Shown here piece after piece: positions 1-12,209 of a stretch of 64,000 nucleotides of DNA (positions are counted from its first letter, which is position 1; each line of letters starts with the position of its first letter). The stretch is from the human T2T-CHM13v2.0 reference genome, Homo sapiens. The notes under the pieces were generated by a model that saw nothing but the letters and a program-made list of their open reading frames with translations, searched no databases and was not told the origin of the DNA. Where the stretch lies: assembly GCF_009914755.1 (NCBI RefSeq), contig NC_060931.1; one strand, 5' to 3'. The position numbers and the translations under genes are program-made.

Positions 1-16
1 AAAAAAAAAAAAAAAA
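1..16 (+). repeat. Poly(A) run, probably the tail of a retroelement upstream of the window
   Basis: 16 consecutive A at the window start. Confidence 0.5.
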
Positions 17-1828
17 GAACACAATGACTCAGAGCAGGATTTGGGTATATACACATATATCTGTACTCAACCACCTTTATGTCATCTTGTCACCACTAAT
101 CCATGTTTTATATTCTGTTCCTGTAAAAATCAGCTCAAAATGGGGTAAATAGTAACTGTAACACTGAGTTTTAGAAAATAGACAAAATCTGGATATGTGA
201 TAAGCAATTATCTCCCTTAGCATACACGATGTAAATGGAGGCAAAATATTTGCCTTTTGAACACTTCCAATGCAAGTTGTTACAGCCATTGAATCATCTG
301 TGAAGCTAATACTAATTCTCAAAATCATTCTCTGAATTGTTCTTTCTTTGGTTAGAGTCATCCTTTTGACTGACAAACCCCATAAAAGCTTTCCAAGTAA
401 TGCAAAGAGGTTGCTAAGTGGAAAATATTTCAAGAGCTCTGAAAATATAAGCTTGACAGAATTCTAGCCTTGAAATCCTCAGTTTACAAGAAAATTTATT
501 GTACACACATGTTGTAGCAGTGGAATGCAGCGTGTGGCATTAAATCTAAAAAAGAGACAGCCAAACACATACAGTTCTATGCTGGAAGTAAAAAACTGTC
601 ACCCAGAGAAGGAAAAAAATTAAGTACCAAGGAAGAAAAAGACTCTTAAAAAGCACCATGGGAATGTTATAAACTATTATTTTCCAAGCTCTGAGTTTGA
701 GCTAGTAAGAGACCATCGGCTTTTTCAAATGGCTTCAACAGATGGAAAATAAAAATTACCAATGGATACACTGGAACCTTGTTTTACAGCTCTATACAGT
801 CGAGACACATTACAAAGCAAAAAGTAAAACTGAATACCCTACATAAATACAGATTTTAACGGTTTTAGAGGTGACAGGTATGTAGTTGGCTAGACAGGGA
901 AGACATTATAATTTTGTGTGACACAGTATGTCAGTTTGTGCAACTAGGAAGCCATCATTTCCAGAGGAAATCACAGCAGTTGTGACAGTCAACTGTAGTA
1001 CCTCATTCTGCTCTGCACACAGCGGCTCACCTGGCTTTCCCTGGCAGTGAGTATAAGGTTCATTCCAAGTGTTATAAAAGTGTGCAAGGGCCATCATTAG
1101 GAAACACTGGAAAAACACAGTCTATTAGATAAAATTTAGTAATATTGCAAGTGGGGATATCTTCATTAATACTGTTTCTTTGTGGCTCAGGGATTTAACA
1201 GCTCTCAACCCTTTGTCTTGGCCCTGAAACTATAATTTTCAATAGTGGCATCATTATAACCTCAAAATACTTGTTACAATGTCAGGTGTGAGAGACATAA
1301 TAAAAACAAATAATTAGAGGCTATTCTCAGCAACATGAACTCAGTCAGAATTTTACTTTAGTGCCCAGAAACACTGTGAAAGAGAAGAAGAACCAGCAGA
1401 AAATGCTCAACACTTAAAGCAGCAAATCGCAATCACTTGACTTTGTTCACACTCTTTTTTAAGTTAGAAACATATACGGGGGCTAAGTCATATATTTGAT
1501 CTGTTACATAACAAATAGCAACAGAACAAGAATGGTATTAGTAAATATAGTCAAGGGAATAGAAAATGTCTTTAATTCCTTAGCATCATCCTGGTTATTA
1601 ATTATGTGTTTGTTGGTGTTGTGAATAGGGCTTTCTATTACTGAGTAAACACTAGTACTTGAGTCTTTTCTTCAAAGCATATATATATATATCCCAACAA
1701 CGGAGCTCATTCGAGAATGCGTGCAGCAAAATAATATTGCAGCTTCATTTAGGAAACATGATAGGAAAGGTAATCACCTAACTCAGAACTTATAAAAAGC
1801 CTGATGTTTTCTCTTATTTGTCCTTTAT

Positions 1829-1938
1829 CATATATATATCATATATATCATATATATATCACATATATCATATATATATCATATATATCATATATATCTA
1901 TATATCATATATATCATATATATCACATATATATATAT
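1829..1938. repeat. (TA)n / CATATAT(AT) compound microsatellite
   Basis: Visible tandem 'catatatatat' units. Confidence 0.95.
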
Positions 1939-3159
1939 GAAACATCAACAAACACATAATTAATACAACTAAGTCCAAATTGTGCCAACTAGATTGTTAT
2001 GCTGACCCTGCAGGACAATTTATTATATTTCAAAACAACTATTAGTAGCATACGCAAACAAAATGTGTGATGGCTTCAATTTTAATTTGGAGTGTGCAGC
2101 TGGGTGTGTTGTTTACCTACCATCTGTTAACCCTTCCTCCTTCTTACCAAAACCTGAATTTTTTTAGGTACTCACACCTCCCACAAATAGCTCAAATGAC
2201 TTATAGGACACAGTATTTCTAACTGCCAGTATTTGTTCCTGAAATGCTCATTCATCCATTATGACATTCAATGGGAGATATTGCAAAAGCAGAGAGTTGA
2301 ATATTTTTCCACACTATTTTCTAGTCATCTGGGTAATGTTCAAATTTAAGCAGCAAATGAGCCTTTTTAATCAAATTCTAATAGTGCAATTTGTTCTGAT
2401 GTCCACCCAGACATTCCAAGTGAGTCAAGGCCAGGTCCTGTTATCGGACCTTGTTATAAACAAGATATTTTTATAGTTCAGCCCACGCTTCTTAGCCTCA
2501 TCTAATATTAATCTTCCCAAACCCTTGGAATATTGGCAATGTTTACATTGATGACTATGAGCTTAGGAACAACACTGCCCCAGTATTACCATCTACTGAA
2601 TGGGGCTGCTATCGTAAGATTGACATTTGATGACATTCATTCGATGATGATAACACCATAAGATAGATATTAATTTTGTTGTTTTAAACAAATGTCCAAA
2701 TACCCTGGAAAGTGGTCAGCTTTTAAGATGATGTCACATGCTGCTTCTAATGAGACTTCCACTATTCAAACATTTTTGGAACAACTCTGTAGAAGCTCTG
2801 TAGAAGGTCAACTGGAAGCTGCAGAAAAAGAGCTTGCTTTATTATACACTATGTACAAAATGATAGTGACTAAAGCCAAGGTTATCCACACAAATACTTA
2901 AGATATTTCACTTGTGACCAGTCCTAAACCACGCCTTCTGGATACAAATTAGAATCGCGTCATGTTTCAACATGTTGACAGTGGTAGAATTTTGACATGA
3001 AAATATTTGTTTTACATGAGGATTTTCAAACATTTTATCATTAAATAACTTTTTGAGGCAAGTCTCTTATATGGCTATGTTTACTGGTTTGGCAACACTA
3101 ACCTGGACACCTTTGCTAACATCCTGGTTATTTTACTTGCTAACTTTTAGTCACTCATA

Positions 3160-3283
3160 CTAGAATATAAGCTCCATAAAGCTATGGATTTTTTTTTTTA
3201 TGTATCCCCAGTTCAGAAAACTGTGCCTAGTATATAGTAGGCACCCAAGAGCTATTTGTTAAATGAACGAGTGAGCGAATGAA
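3160..3283 (+). mobile_element. L2 LINE 3' end
   Basis: 'tagaatataagctccat...gtgcctagtatatagtaggcacc...tatttgttaaatgaacgagtgagcgaatgaa' is the typical L2 terminus with a (TGAA)n tail. Confidence 0.75.
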
Positions 3284-3879
3284 CCTAGAACACAGAGCTA
3301 GGACATATACTCTACAAAGGAATACCTAGGATACACCCTGCCAAGTAGCCAGTAGGCATAGCACTGAGAACAAAGACAAAGAGCAGATGATCACAGCACA
3401 TCTCTGGCTCAGTAACTTGACAAGGATTTCTGCATCTTCAAACTTAACCACAAGAAGCATCTTTATGTGCTGTGACATTAGTATGAATATTAAAAGTTAA
3501 TTCATTCTGAGAAATTGATAATCACTTGTCTTCTTTGATTTTTGGGTAAGAGTTTCTAGATGTCCTAAAGGAGGATTCATGAATGATTACTGAGCATGAC
3601 ATCATGGTCATCAAATTATTTCATTCATGACACCCAGGGAGACCCTGAAACTAAATTATGTCAAGTGCATCACTCAAAAATAAAAGTCAAAGTGGCTCCT
3701 TCACGTCCTCCTTAGTGGCCAATTCATAAGGGCACATCACATAGCACCAATCACATTTACTTCATGAAGTTGCCCTTTCTCACAGTAAGGTGCTGACCCT
3801 TAAAGTCTCCAGCTAATGTCATCCTAGAGGATACTGTTTCTATATCACTACATTGAAACAAAACAAAACAAAAATGTAT

Positions 3880-4060
3880 TCAGCAAATTTATACTTTATT
3901 ATAGGGCTAGATCCTTTGGCATAAGTTATTTTATTTTAGTCTTCACTACTTTATGAGATAGAGATTAATAGCACTGATTTATGAATTATGAAGTTTAGTG
4001 GCTGTGACTTGCTGAAGGTTAGACAGTTGGACCCTCAGCTTGGCTGTATTGATCCCATAT
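3880..4060 (-). mobile_element. MIR fragment (decayed)
   Basis: 'ttattttatttagtcttcactactttatgagatagag...gtgacttgctgaaggtt' resembles the MIR reverse strand. Confidence 0.5.
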
Positions 4061-4609
4061 CTTTAAGTCCACAGTTTTTTATACTTTCCCCAGCACCCTT
4101 CTTACTGAACTTCTCAAAGTTGTTCTGTTCTCAATAATACACTTTCACATTCTGTATCATTGTAGTGATTGTTCAATGAACATTCTGGAATAAGTTTTCC
4201 CAAGAGTCAAAATTAAGTTAAAGACCTAATTCACAAATGACAACATCCATAGTATGAAAAATAAAATAGCCTGGCCACAAGTGTGAAAGACCATTTCTTC
4301 TGAAAAACGACAGTCAGCACACACAGACAAATGATTTGTCCTCCCTGATTTGTATGCAGCTAGTAGCTTGTCTGAACCCTTCAGGTTATGACCATGACAC
4401 TGGGATACTTTTGATTTGCTTCTTAATTGAAAATCACATGGTAATGATGGCCAAGTTCCGTATAGCACAATCTCATCATCTCGCAGGGGCAATCAATGAC
4501 TTCAAAGCTGTCTGGCACTAATAGAAGCGCACTCAAATAGCTTTCAGGAGAACACAATCACTGTCTTTCTCTTTTCTAATTTTTTAGCACATTAGTTTAG
4601 AACAATGTC

Positions 4610-4830
4610 GGGGAAAGCATATGACTGGAAGAGATGGAGTTTTTTTTTTAATTTTAGCTCTATCATGTTCTAACGGGGTTACCTTGGGCAAGTCACTTAA
4701 TCTCTCTGGGTCTATATTATCTCATGTGTAAGAACTGGAGATAATGATTCTTGACCTACCAACCTCACAGGGCGGTTAGGACAATCGATTGACAGAAGGT
4801 GGCATGCAAGTGTTGTGCAAATGTAAAAGG
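4610..4830 (+). mobile_element. MIR SINE
   Basis: Core 'accttgggcaagtcacttaatctctctgggtct...ctcatgtgtaa...ggagataatga...cctaccaacctcacaggg'. Confidence 0.8.
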
Positions 4831-5055
4831 TCGGGCAAGGAAACCTGGAGATTTTCAATCAAGAACCTGACTTTTACTGTCCCATTCTATTTTTTATTCT
4901 ACCTTAATATTCTAGTGAGGAAAATCACCCATGTCAAATTCCACAGATAACATTGTAACTTATTGATTTCATCCCCTTTCTCTATACATATATTTTTTAA
5001 AAGATGTATATTGTTAATATAAAATTGGATTCCTTGTTTAGATATGTGATTTTTC

Positions 5056-6010
5056 GCCACCGGCTCCAGCACCCCTGGGCCGTGCAACCCGGTCCCTACA
5101 GGTGAGGATCCAGCTCCACCCCTGCTCGCCTGCCAGGCGGTGGAGACCTCGAAATGAAGACAGCATGAGTTCTGCAATACTGGGCCTGCCGCCTACCCTC
5201 CCTGAGCCTCAGTTTGCTGGCCCGTGAAGTGGGCATAGTCACGAAGCGTCTCATCTCCGTCGGGCTCAGTGTCAGGTGCCGTTGCCCCTTTCAGACCGCT
5301 GTTTAACAACTTTGGACAGCCTTCCATGGGCTATGTGCAGGCGATGAAGCCACCGGCGCCCAGGGCTCCCAGAGCACCTACAACGACCTGCTGTCGGTCA
5401 TAGAGGAGAAGGGCAAAGAGATCCGGCCTGCCTATGCTGGCAGCAAGAGCACCATGGAGCGCCTGAAGAGAGGTATCATCCATGCCCGGGCCCTAGTCAG
5501 AGAGTGCCTGGCAGAGACAGAGTGCAATGCCCGCACGAAACAGGAAGCCCCTCGGCCTCAGGGGCTGGACCTTTCCTGGCCACTGCAGAGCACCCGCTTC
5601 TCCCTGGCCTTCATCCCGAGCTGCGCTAGCCATCCTGGGCTTCCAGTCCTGTGTCCCTTGGTGGGTTCCCTCCAGGAACCAAGGGGCGGCTCTCACTCCA
5701 GGTGGCAGCAGGTAGCAGGTAGGTCCGGCTACCCTAAAAACAAGAGTTAGCAGGTAGGTCCCGGTGAGTCCCACCCATGACCTGCCAACATTGTTGCCCA
5801 CTGGATCTTTCTGTGGTCTCACCACGCAGCTCTTCCCAGCACTTCTCCCACTTTGTCCCGAGCCTCCTTCTCTCCCAGCAGGGGCTCAGGCCTGGCACCT
5901 CTCTGCCCTATGTCCTGAGCCACAGTGACTGTTTTCTCAGTGTGTCTTTTGCTAAATATGCCCTTTTCATATTAATAAAAGATTATTTGGAGTTGTGCTC
6001 TCAAAAAAAA
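5056..6010 (+). pseudogene. CDK2AP2: CDK2AP2 (DOC-1R) retropseudogene, 5'-truncated, with a partial intron-1-like insert
   Basis: Translates to GSSTPGP..PVPT, then [80 protein letters not shown], matching CDK2AP2 as I recall it. Downstream exons are contiguous. AATAAA 5974-5979, A8 tail 6003-6010, TSD atgtgatttttc at 5044-5055 and 6010-6021. There is a frameshift near 5352 and the stop codon is lost (AAA at ~5538). The symbol names the parent gene. Confidence 0.95.
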
Positions 6011-6679
6011 TGTGATTTTTCACTTATCAAGAACATTTTGCAGATTATTAGTCTGTGAAACCAAATATTCCATTGAATAAATATAACATTTAATTTCTGA
6101 ACATTGAGGTTTCAACTTTTAACCATTATCAATAATTATATGACTATCCTTGTATGTAAATTTTTGCCTGTATGAGTATTGCTTTATGATTAATTCTAAG
6201 TGGGATTTGTGTGTTAAAAATTTTAATATTTGTAAGTCTTTTGTTACAGATTTAAAAATTGCTTTCGTAAAATTGTATAAACATAAACTCCCAAAGGCTG
6301 TGAATGAAGCTCTCCATCTTACGTCACCCCCACCAAAGTGAAACATCTTATCACACACAGCATAATGCAAAACAACACATGGCATCTGTAGAGATGGGGA
6401 ATACAACAATGGTTTGTAGTCAAATCTCAGGTTAGTAGTAAACACTTTCATGTGGCTATCGGATGTGTTCCAGTAGGCTGTGGTGATAATACTTAAGGGA
6501 CTGAGAATTTGCATCTTGTCTCTGATCATTTACTTATGATAGACTCCTAAATATAAATTCACTGGAATAAAAAATGTATGAACAAGTTTTTTGAAACCCT
6601 CTTTATATACATACATAAACATTCTCACATTGCTTTCCACAAGTTCATGTTGGTTTAGGTTTCCACAAATGATATTTTT

Positions 6680-6990
6680 CATTCATCCAGTCAATCAACA
6701 AATGCATAATGATCACTTCCTTTGTGTCATGCATTGTTCTAGGCACCAGGGATAAAACAATGAACAAAACAGACAGAAATTACAGCCCTCGTGGAGCTCA
6801 TGCTCTGGTTGGGAGGAGAAAGAAAATAACTAGGACTGATATGTAAAACCTGTAGCATATTAAATGCACATAACAGCTAAGAAGAAGAGGCAAAGAAGTG
6901 GGAAGAGAAGTAATAAGGCAGTGACTTAGAATTCTAGATCAAGTGGCTGAGAAAGGCCTCAAAGAGATGACATTTGAGTAAAAATTTCAC
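6680..6990 (-). mobile_element. L2 LINE fragment
   Basis: 'cattcatccagtcaatcaacaaatgc...tgtgtcatgcattgttctaggcaccagggata...ccctcgtggagctca' is the reversed L2 3' end. Confidence 0.8.
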
Positions 6991-7813
6991 TGTGTCATGT
7001 GTTACTGATAGGTTAACATAAGAGTCAAGTATGGGTCAATGACTTATCAATATATTAATAGTAGTCCTTATTGACCTTGATAAGATCCATTTGAGTGGGC
7101 TGGTAGTAGTCAGAGCACAGACCTAAGGAATAAGAGTGAAAGAGCTCACTAGATATGTACCTATGTAAGTTCTTAAGATAGTGGGGAAAAAGACATCTAA
7201 TCAAGATGAGGAGACTAGAGAGTAGTCTATCAATCAAAAGCCCTAACTTGCAACAAACTTTGTTCTTTTGGCTGAATGTCTTTTATAAGTCATTTACTCA
7301 AATGTAATATTGTCAGTCTTATACTTTAAAATATTTATATATTATAATTACACTGGCCATGGTGGTGCTGAAGAGTTACTTATTTTTGAAAGTATCTTTA
7401 TTCAAAATCTGTGCTCAGGGTAGCTATACAAGTGATTCAAACTTATCCAAATAGATCCCCAGAACATCTATTAATTAGCATAAAATAATGATTTTCATTG
7501 ATGAAATGAATGTGTTCAAGATATGTAATTAGCTAGAAAAAAAAATTGCAATACCCCCTTGACTCAATAAATGTATTAGAATCCTGGTTAGCCTATTATT
7601 ATATTTGAAATAGCACTTTCGGTTAGGAGCTCCATTTCTGTCTGTCCATCCTTAGCTAGTAGAAGGCTCTAATTCTAAATCTAGAGTAGAAAGTTGATTG
7701 TGTTTGTCTTCAGAATATTGTTAGATAATCCTGGAAGTGGAACTCTGACCAGAATATTGTTAGATATACCTGAGAGTGAAACTCATGTAATGTGCTTGCC
7801 TGAAAAGGAAGAG

Positions 7814-8370
7814 AGGGCCTCCTATATTTCTTCCCTAAGCTTTTATTTCAACATCATGCCTGGAGGTCTAGGGACAGTTGTTAGCTGGCAAAAGCAAAGT
7901 CAGAGTGTTTCCCGAAGCTCCAAAGCATGCAGGGCAGCTGTACCATCTTCCAAGCAGCTCATAGGCCATCACTGATGGAAGAATAACCTGGATGCCAAAA
8001 AGGCTTCCATGGTATGAGAAGAACCTGAATCAAACCTTGCTGTGCCTGAATAAGCTCTTCTGTGTGAATTCCTCGGAAGTCACTTCCTGGACATATGAAG
8101 ATATGGCGGTCTTCAAGACACTGGGTGATTCTCTGACCAGCCTGCACAGGCTGGAAGCCGCAAGACTTCCCCCAGGGGAGTACCTCAGGAGAGAGTCCTC
8201 CTCAAGAATAGCAAGGAGACTCTAATATGGGTCTTCTCAGTGCACTTGCTTCAGCCCCCTAGTCTAGAGGCTTCTGCCTGATGTTCTTCCAGCCCCAGGG
8301 AAGCTTCTCAGTCATTCTCCAAGCCTTTTCCAACCATGAACCAAATGGAAAGAGTACAGCTTCTCTGCAT
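7814..8370 (+). pseudogene. FTL: Ancient, heavily decayed ferritin light chain processed pseudogene
   Basis: Collinear motifs across frames: RASYISSLSFYF (FTL QASYTYLSLGFYF); ECFPKLQSMQGSCTIFQ..RP ([22 protein letters not shown]); WKNNLDAKKASM (WGKTPDAMKAAM); EKNLNQTLLCL (EKKLNQALLDL); LCEFLGSHFLD (LCDFLETHFLD); FKTLGDSLTSLHRL..GEYL (IKKMGDHLTNLHRL..GEYL). Followed by FTL-like 3'UTR words ggcttctgcct, tccagcc, aagcctt and accaaatggaaa. No introns. The symbol names the parent gene. Confidence 0.85.
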
Positions 8371-9169
8371 TTTTCCAAAGAGCTCAGGTTCAATATTTTT
8401 CTTTAATGTTTAAGGATATTTTCAAAGCATTTATGTTCATTTATTTTTTTTTTGCTTTATATTTACTTATTTTTTAAAAAGCAGCTGCATATTCAGACAT
8501 TGACACATTTTCTTATGAGAAGATATTAAAGCATGCAGTTATTAAGACTCTGAATTTAAAATGATCTGTAAGTTCATTGAGCATGCTTTAATGTCTGCTC
8601 ATAAAGTGCATCAGATATAATAAATATATTTTAAATTATAAAGGCAATGTAGAAATGCTATATCAACACATACTATTCAAATGTTAATCATTTTAAAAAG
8701 AATTAACAAAAATTCATGTGAACTCAATGAACTCAACTTATTACTAAATTACCTAACAGAAAATTTTGAAAGAACACTTAAAGGTCACTTTGATAACATA
8801 ATTCTAGTATCACCTCTGCCTCACCAGATTGCACCATTTTTACCGATACATCTCAGATTGTTCATTCACACAGCATCTTAAGAGAAAGCATTAAAGCAAT
8901 TAGACTGAGACAACAACACAGTAAGTACCTGCAAAGTACTGAGGGAAGAGAGGCCTAAAACATTTTAATCCCATGTTGCTCCCAAAAGCCTGTAAGATTT
9001 CTCAGGAAAGAGCTCTTCAAGTAAATGAGTTAACAACTAACATATCTTCCCCAAGAAACTGAACAGAGCCCGTGCAGAACAGTTCAACACACATCACTGA
9101 GCAGACTACACAGGAACACACTCTACAGTGGAATAAAACTCAGTCAATAAATATCAAAGCTTTGCAAAT

Positions 9170-9480
9170 CATTTTATTTCATTACTCCTTCAACACGCAT
9201 GTATTGAGAACCCATATTACAAGGCCTTTCAGGGGTACAAAAAGTTAAGAGACCTGGCCCAGGCTTTCAAAAGTCTAATCCATGACCTGAGAAGATATTA
9301 AAAATACTCTTAGAGAAGGACACAAAGCAAAAAATATTGACTATGCTGCCGCATAAATGTGTGACACAGACATGGAGTTCAATGAAGGAATATGGAAGAG
9401 AGATATTCCCATTGGTTGACGGATAAGGGAAGGCGTCATAGAGAACTTGAGGAACATCATGAAGACAGGCAAATTCCAAA
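9170..9480 (-). mobile_element. L2 LINE fragment (old)
   Basis: 'tcattactccttcaacacgcatgtattgagaaccca...' reversed L2 tail. Confidence 0.55.
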
Positions 9481-10249
9481 ATGGTGATGCAAAAGTTGAC
9501 AGGTATGCCGTGACACATATGGTCTTTTTGTGAATATATTCTGCTTAGACAAATGTTAATATATTTTAGGAGCAGGTGCCTTGTCTCCTATTTTTTAAGT
9601 CTTATACTTCTTTTGATTTATTAACCTAATATTTCTAGTATTAGTGCCTCTGGGTTATGAGAAAGGTCACTTTATATACTCTGCTGAAAAATATGTGTTA
9701 TTAAAAACTAGCACATCCTGTCTATCTACCAAATGAATTAAAGAATCAAAATATGCATCTTTTTCTACCCTAACCATATATGGGTTTTTAAAATAAGCAT
9801 TCTTTACATGTTATCACTCAACTTCTTTACTCTAAAGGATGCAGCCAACTTTAACTGGTAGTATGTAAATTTAATTTGTAATTACTTTGGGGAATAATTA
9901 TAACACCACTTGGCGAATTTTCTTCTAAGATGACATTACTCTGAGTATTCAGCCTTATGGGGCTTTTAATATAGGGTAGTCATCTCAAGTTGCTATGACA
10001 GCTGCAGAACTTTTATTTAAACAGATTAGACCTTAATGTAAATAGGTTGAAATATCATAAATTTCTGGACTCGGCATTGATTGAATAAATATAAAGCAAC
10101 ATAAAGATCAATTATAAAATCATGGCATGTTGACTTTATTACTATTGAAGTTTAGGGGGCATATTAAATAAACTTGTTTTTCTTTGACCCAGATAACAGC
10201 TATTGCATAATAAACACAGAAATTCAGTAGCTGTAAACTAAAATATTTT

Positions 10250-10817
10250 TATTTAAAAAATTATTTTAAAAAATTTCAAGCAAACACAAAATTAAAAGGA
10301 ATAATAGAATTAATCCTCAACATCCAGCTTCAATGTTCTTCAGTTTTTGGCCCTATTTGTTTGATTTATACCCCCATCTACTTTGCCACTTCCTATTGTA
10401 TTATTTTGAAACAAATGTTTAATATTACTTCATCCATAAATATTTTAGTATTTATCAATAAAAGATAAAAAATATCTTAACCACATTATTATCATACCTA
10501 AGGAAAAATTTAACAATAATTCTTTAATGTATCTCACAGGTAACCCTCTAAGATGGTCCCCAGTGATCCTCACCTCCTGGTATCGAAGACTTTTTGTTGT
10601 TGTTCTTCCCCTTGAGTGTTACCTGAACCTCTAAATGAATAAGATATGGCTAATGCAATGGGATATCACTCTGAGATTAGGTTACAAAGACTGAAAATTT
10701 CATCTTGAGAATTTTTTCTCTCTCACCTTCTCTTGTTCTCTCAATTTCTCATTTTCCACATCTTTCCATGGGCCATAGTTGATCATTCTCATTCATATTT
10801 TCTCTCTCCTCTCTCTG

Positions 10818-10848
<31 letters not shown>

Positions 10849-11400
10849 TTTTTTCTATCTCTTTCTGAGCCCTAACTCTGGGAGAAGCAACCCGTCTTAT
10901 TGTGAGAAGCCCTATGGAGAGGCCTGTGTAGCAGGCTAATGACTCTGTCCCTGAGCCAGATTATAGCTGAAGCCTGACAAGCCACATAAGCGAGCTTGGA
11001 AGCAGATCCTCAGCCAGGATATCTCAGTCAAGTCTTCAGATATCTGCAGTCCTAGAGGATACCTTGATTGCAGTCTTATGAGAGACCTTGAGATGGAGGC
11101 ACCTAGATAAGCCATGCCTAGATGCCTGGCCCACAGACACTGTGAGATAGTGTGTTTGTTATTTTAAGCTATGTTTTGGAGTAATTTGTTATATGACCAT
11201 ATATGCATAATACAGTATCATTAAATATTCAGTCAATGCTCAAATTCTGTGATCGTCTTGTACATGATTTTTTACAGTTGGGTTGCTTGAATCAGAATCC
11301 AAACAAGTTTCTTATGTTGCATTTGGTTATATGTCATCGAAACATTTATCCTTAGATTCCTCCTACCCCATTTTTCTTTGTCATTCTTCACTTTTGTTGT
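10250..11400 (-). mobile_element. Old L1M (L1MC/MD/ME-type) 3'UTR fragment, interrupted by an MLT1 LTR
   Basis: 'ttattttaaaaaatttcaagcaaacacaaaa...catccagcttcaa...aacaataattctttaat' resumes after the LTR as 'atcattaaatattcagtc...ttgcttgaatcagaatccaaacaag'. Confidence 0.6.
10534..11214 (+). mobile_element. MLT1 (ERVL-MaLR, MLT1E-like) solo LTR
   Basis: 'ctctaagatggtccccagtgatcctcacctcctggtat...actgtgagata...tttaagcta...gtaatttgttat...taataca'. 5-bp TSD gtatc at 10529-10533 and 11215-11219. Internal (CT)n(CA)n at ~10800-10848. Confidence 0.85.
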
Positions 11401-11767
11401 TGATAAAGCTGATATTGGAGACCATGACATGGTGTGGAGACAGTGGATTTGCCAGCAATTTCGGCTACTCTGATTCAGACCTGAAAATTTTCTAGGAGGA
11501 AAGTTTAGATTTCCTGAACAAGTATACTTCTTCAGAATTGTATCTCAAATTTTTCTGGCACAGACATATCAGATAAAATCATGGGGAATGGGGAATAAAT
11601 GAACAGCCATAGAAAGAACTATTTTTAAACTGAAATGAAACATGAGGGCTATACAACCCCATGTTTAAGTTCTTTATATCAAAATTACAATAGAGACCAT
11701 TTTAAAATGATCTCTTGTTCTTAATAACCTTGAATAGATGAAGTGTCAACTAAAGAACATTGCTCAT

Positions 11768-12047
<280 letters not shown>

Positions 12048-12209
12048 GTTTCTCATCATAGCTTCAAATTATTATTTTCTAATAGATGTGAATTTTGATG
12101 GATTTAAAAATATTATATTACTTATAGCAATGTGAGAATTGATAATTGAAGTTTTCATAACAAGGGAGTAAAAAAATATTGTCAGAGAGAAATTCTTACT
12201 TTTTCAACA

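Noticed and set aside
77-433. 118-aa minus-strand ORF preceded by an acceptor-like site
   Set aside because: Non-ATG start, no recognisable homology or domain; length compatible with chance.
1678-1770. Protein-looking frame PTTELIRECVQQNNIAASFRKHDRK ending at AAG|GTAATC
   Set aside because: Weak acceptor running through a TA repeat; no protein recognised.
4226-4521. Overlapping short ORFs in a CpG-containing unique stretch
   Set aside because: No homology recognised; at most a non-coding element, which cannot be tested without alignments.
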